Shown one piece after another: positions 61,263 through 64,000 of a stretch of DNA of 64,000 nucleotides. A model generated the notes under the pieces. It saw nothing but the letters and a program-made list of their open reading frames with translations. It ran no database searches and was not told the origin of the DNA. The position numbers were made by a program, and so were the translations under genes. This DNA is from Massalongia carnosa (lineage: Eukaryota): NCBI GenBank assembly GCA_965645245.1, contig OZ287072.1:2728001-2792000 (forward strand), in the 5' to 3' direction. The number at the start of each line of letters is the position of its first letter. Positions within the stretch are counted from its first letter, which is position 1.

Positions 61263-64000
61263 CAGTGTTCGTAATGGAGTGATTCTTAATGGATATCCAC
61301 TCCATTTAATCCACTCCAATCCACTCCAAAGGTTTTTTTTTTAAATGGAGTCCATCCAATAAGGTTTTAGGCTTAATGGAGTCACTCCAATAAGGATTTA
61401 TCTAATGGAGTGGACTCCATGGAGTCCAATGGATTAGGGCCTAAAAATAGGTGGTGTTTTAGGTATAGCTCCAGGGGCCTTAAAGCTATGGTAATTCCCA
61501 CATTTTAAGTGATATTTCACTTGTTTTACTGCTTTTATTCGTGTCAACCTACAAATATCACTTGCTATGGACTGAATTTGCTTCTATTTAAACTAGAAAC
61601 CACCAAAATCCGTCCCGAACCGTACTTGCAGTGATGTCTGATATTAGTGACGATACAACTACAACCCGCCCCGACCCTGGCGAGACAGAGTCAGTATTTG
61701 AGCTTCCTGGATCATGTGATATCGACGTTCCTGAACGTATTACGCGTGGCAGAAAGCGTACGGTTGGTTAAGCAGAGCTTGGGAATGAAGCTTCAAGAGT
61801 ATTTATCCATATCCTTTATTTAATCAAGCTTATATATTAATATATGGCAGAGGTCTCCATCCCAGTCAGCCCTGAGCTTTTCTCGACGTTCCCCTGCACC
61901 CTCCACGACTTCCCAAGCTACGGAGCGTCCCCATATCATCCTGAGCGGCACTATATACTCTGAGAACGACAGGAACGCTCCTAGTAACCATTCCAGCAGC
62001 CCTTCTAGGCCGTCACCTATAACCTCTATTGAAGGCAGGGTTATTGGTGGTCGGTTTTCGTCTCCTACAAGTGGAATAGCTTCAAAGAGAGCTAGAGCGA
62101 GCCGTAGTTGGATATGGGATTGGGGCACCAAGGCAGAGAGGGAGGGCAAGGCCTATTGGGTGTGTAACAAATGTAAAGTACCAGATTTATACTTATTTGC
62201 CATGTTTGCTATGAAAATTTGTATAGAACTCAGTGTAATTCCGCCCATTTTATATGTACCGAACCATCGAGTTGTCATTTTAACATGTACTATACATTTG
62301 TCCAATATCTATTTAATTTATATTAGCGATTATTAAAGCTAATTAACTACAGGTGTTGCAGACGGTTCTAATACTGAGTATATGATCACAAACGGCACTG
62401 CTTCATGTGGAGAGCACTTACGAAAGGACCATAATCTTGTTCCACCTAAGGAAGCAGCTGCTAGGGCCTCTATCTCTGTTGTTGAACATCTTCAGCAAGG
62501 GGTAGTAGTTGCTCCTTTTAGTCCAGAAGTCTTTCGACAAAAGCTCTTACGATTTCTTTGTATTTGTCATATTCCTTTTGCAATTGTAGAGCAGCGTGCT
62601 TTTCGAGACCTGCTTTTATATTCAAGTCCGTATTTACGAGGCAATGATACACTCCCCAAGTCGGGCAATTCCATTAAAGCTGCACTATTAGAGATATTTC
62701 TAGCTTGTCAACTTGTATTGATTCAGTTATTAGTGGAAAGCAACTGCCAAGTCCATATATCCTTTGACTTATGGTCGTCTCCTAATAATTTCTCTATGCT
62801 AGGTCTTTGCTGTCACTTTATTGATCGTTCCTGGCAAGCACGTACAGTGATTCTTGGCATGAAGCGTCTTATTGGACCCCATAGTGGAGAGAATATGTCA
62901 AAATTAATAGTCAAGGCCCTTGAAGTTTATAAACTAGAGGGTAGGCTCGGCTACTGTGTTTTGGATAATGCCGGTGATAATGACACTTGCTTGAGAGCAG
63001 TCGAGGAACATCTCCTTTTGCAGGGAGTTAGGTGGGACGCTGATACTCACCGACTACGTTGTTTCGGCCATATCGTTAATCTCGTGGCAACTGCATTCTT
63101 AGAGAACAAACCTACGAAGCAAGCGCGTCAACGACTCCCAGGGGAGCCCAAGGCAGTCTGGAAACGTCCAATAGATGCTATTACGAAGCATCATGTGATT
63201 ATTGTCTTTATAATGGCCACCGCTCAAAGGATCGAGCAGTTTGAAGGGATTAATAAGACGATTCAAGACCCTCTCTTGCATCCAATTAAAAAGCAAATCA
63301 TTAGATGGTTTTCAACTCTTAATATGCTTCGACGGGCCATTCAACTCAAAGACTCTCTTGATCTATTCGTCCATCGTAACTCTGAGCAATCATTTACTGA
63401 GAAGACTCTTTTTGATTCGCAAATGACGGTTGACGATTGGAACTACGCCAAGGAAGTGATTGCTTTTATGGAACCACTCGAAGAGCTTATGATGAGTTTA
63501 CAAGGAAGAGAGATGTCTGGTATATTATATAAGCTTTAAATAACTCGATAATCACTAAGCTTTTAATACGAAATAATGGTTACGCTCACCAAGTGCTCCC
63601 TTCATATGATTTAATAAAAAAGGGGATGGAAGAGCAGCTATTTGGCTTTGAGCTTGATGAAGTCGATCAGTCAAACCCACAGGAACTAGCTAGTAAACGA
63701 CTGGAACTGAACATTATTAACGCCATGCAAAAGCTAGAGAAATACCGTCAACTACTCACTTCCCCTATTTATTTAATGGCCGTCGTCCTGATGCCCTGGT
63801 ATAAGTGGAATTATTTTGAGGATAGTATGAGTGCTAGTGACCTTGCTCAAGCTCGTACGAAGGTCCAAAAACTTTGGCAAGACTTATATGCAAATATAGA
63901 GGTTGCTGAAGATGATACACCGTCACCTGGAAGTCAAAATAATAAGGCATATTAACACTTATTAATATAAAAACACGGCTAACTATATTTGTAGCACGCT
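61263..64000 (+). mobile_element. hAT transposon 2 (runs off the window)
   Basis: CAGTGTT terminus followed by dense TGGAG/CTCCA subterminal repeats (61274-61430). Confidence 0.8.
62100..63955 (+). CDS. hAT transposase, multi-exon, 5' and 3' ends not resolved
   Basis: BED-like WIWDW..WVCNKC|intron 62174-62351|..EHLRKDH; SFDLWSS, LDNAGDN, RCFGHIVNL, RWFST. Confidence 0.88.

Overview
This 64 kb window is fungal (ascomycete-type introns) and consists almost entirely of nested transposable elements; I see no convincing host gene. It holds three copies or ends of one MULE family, two Ty1/Copia copies of one family, three chromodomain Ty3/Gypsy elements, two tyrosine-recombinase (YR) retrotransposons (one with the full Ngaro A1..B1-A2-B2 repeat layout), a Tad-like LINE, a Tc1 (DD34E) element, two hATs with two related MITEs, about ten solo LTRs, a DUF3505-like pseudogene and a large unclassified pseudogene. 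Main observations: (1) both divergent YR elements appear to express RT by gag stop-codon readthrough (UAG plus a 16-bp stem; UGA-CUA) and express an AUG-less recombinase by splicing to an acceptor at the end of RT; (2) two split target-site duplications indicate an ~18 kb inversion between inverted MULE copies; (3) one Gypsy carries an antisense Zn2Cys6-like ORF; (4) both Copia copies share a TAG-CTAG stop between integrase and RT. All calls come from reading the sequence; no database searches or alignments were run.
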